Shown here in pieces: positions 16,078 to 18,587 of a stretch of 18,587 nucleotides of DNA. The translations under genes were made by a program, and so were the position numbers. The notes below the pieces were generated by a model. The model was given only the letters and a program-made list of their open reading frames with translations, had not been told where the DNA came from and did no database searches. The DNA comes from Fibrobacterales bacterium (GTDB taxonomy: Bacteria; Fibrobacterota; Fibrobacteria; Fibrobacterales; JAOPTW01), in the NCBI GenBank assembly GCA_051532055.1, contig JAOPTX010000084.1, positions 1 to 18,587 on the forward strand. Reading direction: 5' to 3'. Position 1 is the first letter of the stretch. Each line of letters opens with the position of its first letter.

Positions 16078-16653
16078 TTACTTTGGAAAATAGTGCGAAA
16101 TAGTCTGAGTCACTTGGTCAAGCCACTCTTTTCTCTCTTCTGGTGTACTCATAATAACGGATGCGAAAGGTACTCGTTTAAAAGTGGTAACGCCACAGAG
16201 ACCAAAAACACATTTTTCCCATAATCCCTGTAACGGATCACCATAAGCAGATTCCTCAACTTCTTGAGGAGTATTCGCCGTAGTGAATACTACTGCTGCT
16301 TGCGCTTTCATAAGTCCTTCTAGACCACCAGCAAATTTGTGTGTGAAGTTGGTTCTAAAAACTCGATCAATCCACCCTTTCATTATTGCTGGAGGCATTC
16401 CCCACCAATTTGGGTGAATAACAATAACTCCATCAGCATTTACCAATTCGGTTATTTGTTCCATAACATCTGCAGGTACAACATCATCAGATAGAATCTC
16501 TTCAGTAGTTAGAATGGGATTAAACTGCTCATCTACAAGGTTCCTGAGAGTTACATCATGTCCAAGGTCTTTGAGTGCGGCAATAGCTGTATCTGCAATT
16601 GCATGATTAAAGCTGTTCGGTTTTTCGGGGGCTGTTACAATGAGTATTTTCAT
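16078..16653 (-). CDS. Flavodoxin-fold NAD(P)H-dependent (quinone) oxidoreductase, MdaB/KefF-like
   Basis: MKILIV.A.....SFNHAIA, ADGVIVIHPNWWGMPPAIMKGWIDRVF and VFTTANTP. GAGG SD upstream. Confidence 0.92.
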   Translation of the reverse strand: MKILIVTAPEKPNSFNHAIADTAIAALKDLGHDVTLRNLVDEQFNPILTTEEILSDDVVPADVMEQITELVNADGVIVIHPNWWGMPPAIMKGWIDRVFRTNFTHKFAGGLEGLMKAQAAVVFTTANTPQEVEESAYGDPLQGLWEKCVFGLCGVTTFKRVPFASVIMSTPEERKEWLDQVTQTISHYFPK

Positions 16654-16793
16654 GGAACCTCTAGTGCTATTCTTGGTTGTGGAAAATATATAAAATCAGG
16701 GATTATGTGGCTATACTGTACCATTGTTAGTTTTTAGCATGAAATGGTTATTTTTTAAGATTAAAAATACAGTCCACACGATTAAACAGGTAT

Positions 16794-16827
16794 AAAAAAA
16801 GGCCATCTCACTATTTGAGACGGCCTT
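16794..16827 (-). terminator. Intrinsic terminator downstream of the large secreted protein gene
   Basis: The - strand reads AAGGCCGTCTCA-aatag-TGAGATGGCC followed by T7, with one G-U pair. Confidence 0.88.
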
Positions 16828-16851
16828 GATACATTAATTTAAGCTGAGTTA

Positions 16852-18587
16852 TTATTCAAAAACAACCTGATGTCTCGCACCTTTTAGAATACCAGAGACA
16901 GCGGAACCAATAGTAATCCCATATACTGTATAGCGGTTTCCTGCCATTTTTGCCTGACCAGCTGTTCCAACAGAAGTTATCCGCGAAACAGTATCTCTGC
17001 CAGTCTCCAGTACATGTAGTTCTACAGGTACTTCAACCGAACCTACTACCGAAGCATCATTATGAGATATCTCGATATTCCCAAGATATACTCCACCAAC
17101 GAGATCAGCTGTTCCAAGAAGTACTTCAACAGTTACTGACTCACCTGGCAATACAACTGCTTCTGAAGTATTTAGTGTAAGCCATTGAGGTCCTGAACTT
17201 AATTCAACGGCAAGTTGATTTTTAAGATAAGAAGTGTTATAGGCTACAGTTAAGCCATCGTCTTGTGTCCCGTTTTGAATCCCCACAGTATTACCTGTAG
17301 TTGCCCCCACAAGATCATTGTAATAGAGTACTACGTTACCATTAGCATAAAGAACAGCTTGGAACGTATAACTTCCTGAGCTACTGTACGGATCAATATC
17401 GTTGAACTCTATGATTGCATGTGTTCCAAAATCCTGAAAGTAGATTGTTCCACCATCTCTTGGATTAAGGTCATCATGAAAGAGGTCAATTAAATTGGCA
17501 GGAGCTGATACTGAAGGAAGAGCATAGTTCGAAATCTGCGCACTACCTGTTCCAAAAGTGAGAAAACCATTTGAGCTTACAAATACTGAGTTAAAATCAT
17601 TTCCATAAAATGGAAATTCAAAACTTAACCCCTGCTCTTGATAACAGTCATCACAACCAGACACATTACTGAGTACTGAACCTGTAGTACTGATGCTATT
17701 CCAAGTAAACGCAGGGCCACCTGTTTCATCTGAGTCTTTCCAGCTATACCCAAAGGTATCCGGACCACCAGAATTATTCAGTACTGGTCGACCAATACGA
17801 GTATCAATGCTCTGTTTATCAAATGCAAGGTAATGTTCAAATGAGTATGGCTCGTTTGACAACCCTTGTACTGCAGTATTTTCGTTTGACACTAACAAAA
17901 GCTCAAGGTCAGAATCACCACTATTAGTGATAATAACTTCAGCAGTTGTCTGCTCACCAACGAGCACATGTTCTCTAATAGATAACGGAGTCACAGTGAT
18001 TCGTGCACCGAGAAATCCACTACCACTTACCGGTACGGTAATTACTGCATTATCTTCTGCATCACTAGCAATAGTAAGAACTCCAACATCACTCTGTACA
18101 CTTGCAGGTGTGAATGTAACAGGAACATTTACTTCACCAAAAGCAGGAACACTCAATGGAAGTTGTGCTGAATGAGTAAAGAGCCCATTATCAACTGAAA
18201 GGTCACTAACCACTGTTGCTTCATTAGAGCTGTTGACAAGTGTTAGAATAAGCTCACTGCTTCTTCCGACTTCTAAGCCACCAAAATCTAAGCTACCAGG
18301 ATTCGCTTCAAGAGACCTAAAACCATCAATAGTCAATGTAACTTGAATCGTTTGGAGAGGAGTTACAGGGTCATTGGTTTCAACAACCACTTCACCAGTG
18401 TAAACGCCCCCAAGAAGACCAGAAGGATCTATTGAAGTGATAATGTCTTGTGTCCCACCAGGAATAACTACTCCAGGAGTTGTTGGTGCAGCTGCAATCC
18501 AGTTTGGTCCAATTGATGCAAGAGCATTATTCACATTGAGTCGTCCATTTGATAATACAACACCTGTCATTGATGGTACAACATCAA
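16852..18587 (-). CDS. C-terminal part of a large extracellular multidomain protein, probably an S8 (subtilisin-like) peptidase with Ig-like/choice-of-anchor D and nidogen-like modules; 5' end outside the window
   Basis: The frame is open to the window end (..DVVPSMTG..), so ATG 18570 is internal. GVVLSNGRLNVNNAL resembles the end of S8 domains. LDFGGLEVG..LTLVN..VTFTP..LTIASD is an ASH/choice-of-anchor D-type Ig fold. GGPDTFGYSWKDS..FEFPFYG..VSSNGFLTF..DDL is a nidogen-like module. The catalytic domain itself is not visible. Confidence 0.75.
   Translation of the reverse strand, partial: DVVPSMTGVVLSNGRLNVNNALASIGPNWIAAAPTTPGVVIPGGTQDIITSIDPSGLLGGVYTGEVVVETNDPVTPLQTIQVTLTIDGFRSLEANPGSLDFGGLEVGRSSELILTLVNSSNEATVVSDLSVDNGLFTHSAQLPLSVPAFGEVNVPVTFTPASVQSDVGVLTIASDAEDNAVITVPVSGSGFLGARITVTPLSIREHVLVGEQTTAEVIITNSGDSDLELLLVSNENTAVQGLSNEPYSFEHYLAFDKQSIDTRIGRPVLNNSGGPDTFGYSWKDSDETGGPAFTWNSISTTGSVLSNVSGCDDCYQEQGLSFEFPFYGNDFNSVFVSSNGFLTFGTGSAQISNYALPSVSAPANLIDLFHDDLNPRDGGTIYFQDFGTHAIIEFNDIDPYSSSGSYTFQAVLYANGNVVLYYNDLVGATTGNTVGIQNGTQDDGLTVAYNTSYLKNQLAVELSSGPQWLTLNTSEAVVLPGESVTVEVLLGTADLVGGVYLGNIEISHNDASVVGSVEVPVELHVLETGRDTVSRITSVGTAGQAKMAGNRYTVYGITIGSAVSGILKGARHQVVFE
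17011..18501 (-). repeat. Two 58-codon internal Ig-like (BACON-like) repeats at 18328-18501 and 17011-17184
   Basis: W....VVIPGGTQ..LLGGVYTGEVVVETND..IQVTLTI compared with W....VVLPGESV..LVGGVYLGNIEISHND..VPVELHV. Confidence 0.7.

Noticed and set aside
1069..18175. Remaining small overlapping ORFs in the track (e.g. 1069-1410, 3481-3774, 9382-9783, 11335-11598, 12246-12503, 14568-14810, 17927-18175)
   Set aside because: They are antisense or off-frame shadows of well-supported genes, or AT-rich intergenic ORFs without motifs.

Overview
AT-rich bacterial chromosomal window, most likely from a member of the Fibrobacterota. This is inferred from two fibro-slime (PA14-like) lipoproteins with Ser-rich linkers and a circularly permuted Fibrobacter-type GH16 glucanase. 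It contains 17 genes, two cut by the window edges. In order: a fibro-slime lipoprotein missing from the ORF track (1-971, -), two tandem membrane-anchored NERD-like proteins downstream of an ATP-dependent phosphofructokinase, an orphan solute-binding protein, a hypothetical protein, an NAD(P)-binding protein, a DUF2947-like protein, a lipoprotein, a class I glutamine amidotransferase-like protein lacking the catalytic Cys, a second fibro-slime lipoprotein with five Cys/Asp repeats, DUF3024, the GH16 lipoprotein, a rhomboid protease with a REC-PilZ regulator, a coiled-coil/TPR protein, a flavodoxin-fold NAD(P)H oxidoreductase, and the C-terminal part of a large, probably S8-peptidase, multidomain protein. 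Five intrinsic terminators are visible. I saw no RNA genes, CRISPR arrays or mobile elements. Most notable: (i) an unannotated, gap-free, in-frame second copy of the fibro-slime C-terminus 180 nt downstream of the first, just past the stop codon; (ii) four exact copies of TGTAAACC in the divergent promoter region of that gene; (iii) several proteins with altered catalytic or ligand residues (GATase Cys>Gly, both NERD proteins, one PA14 DD>ND).
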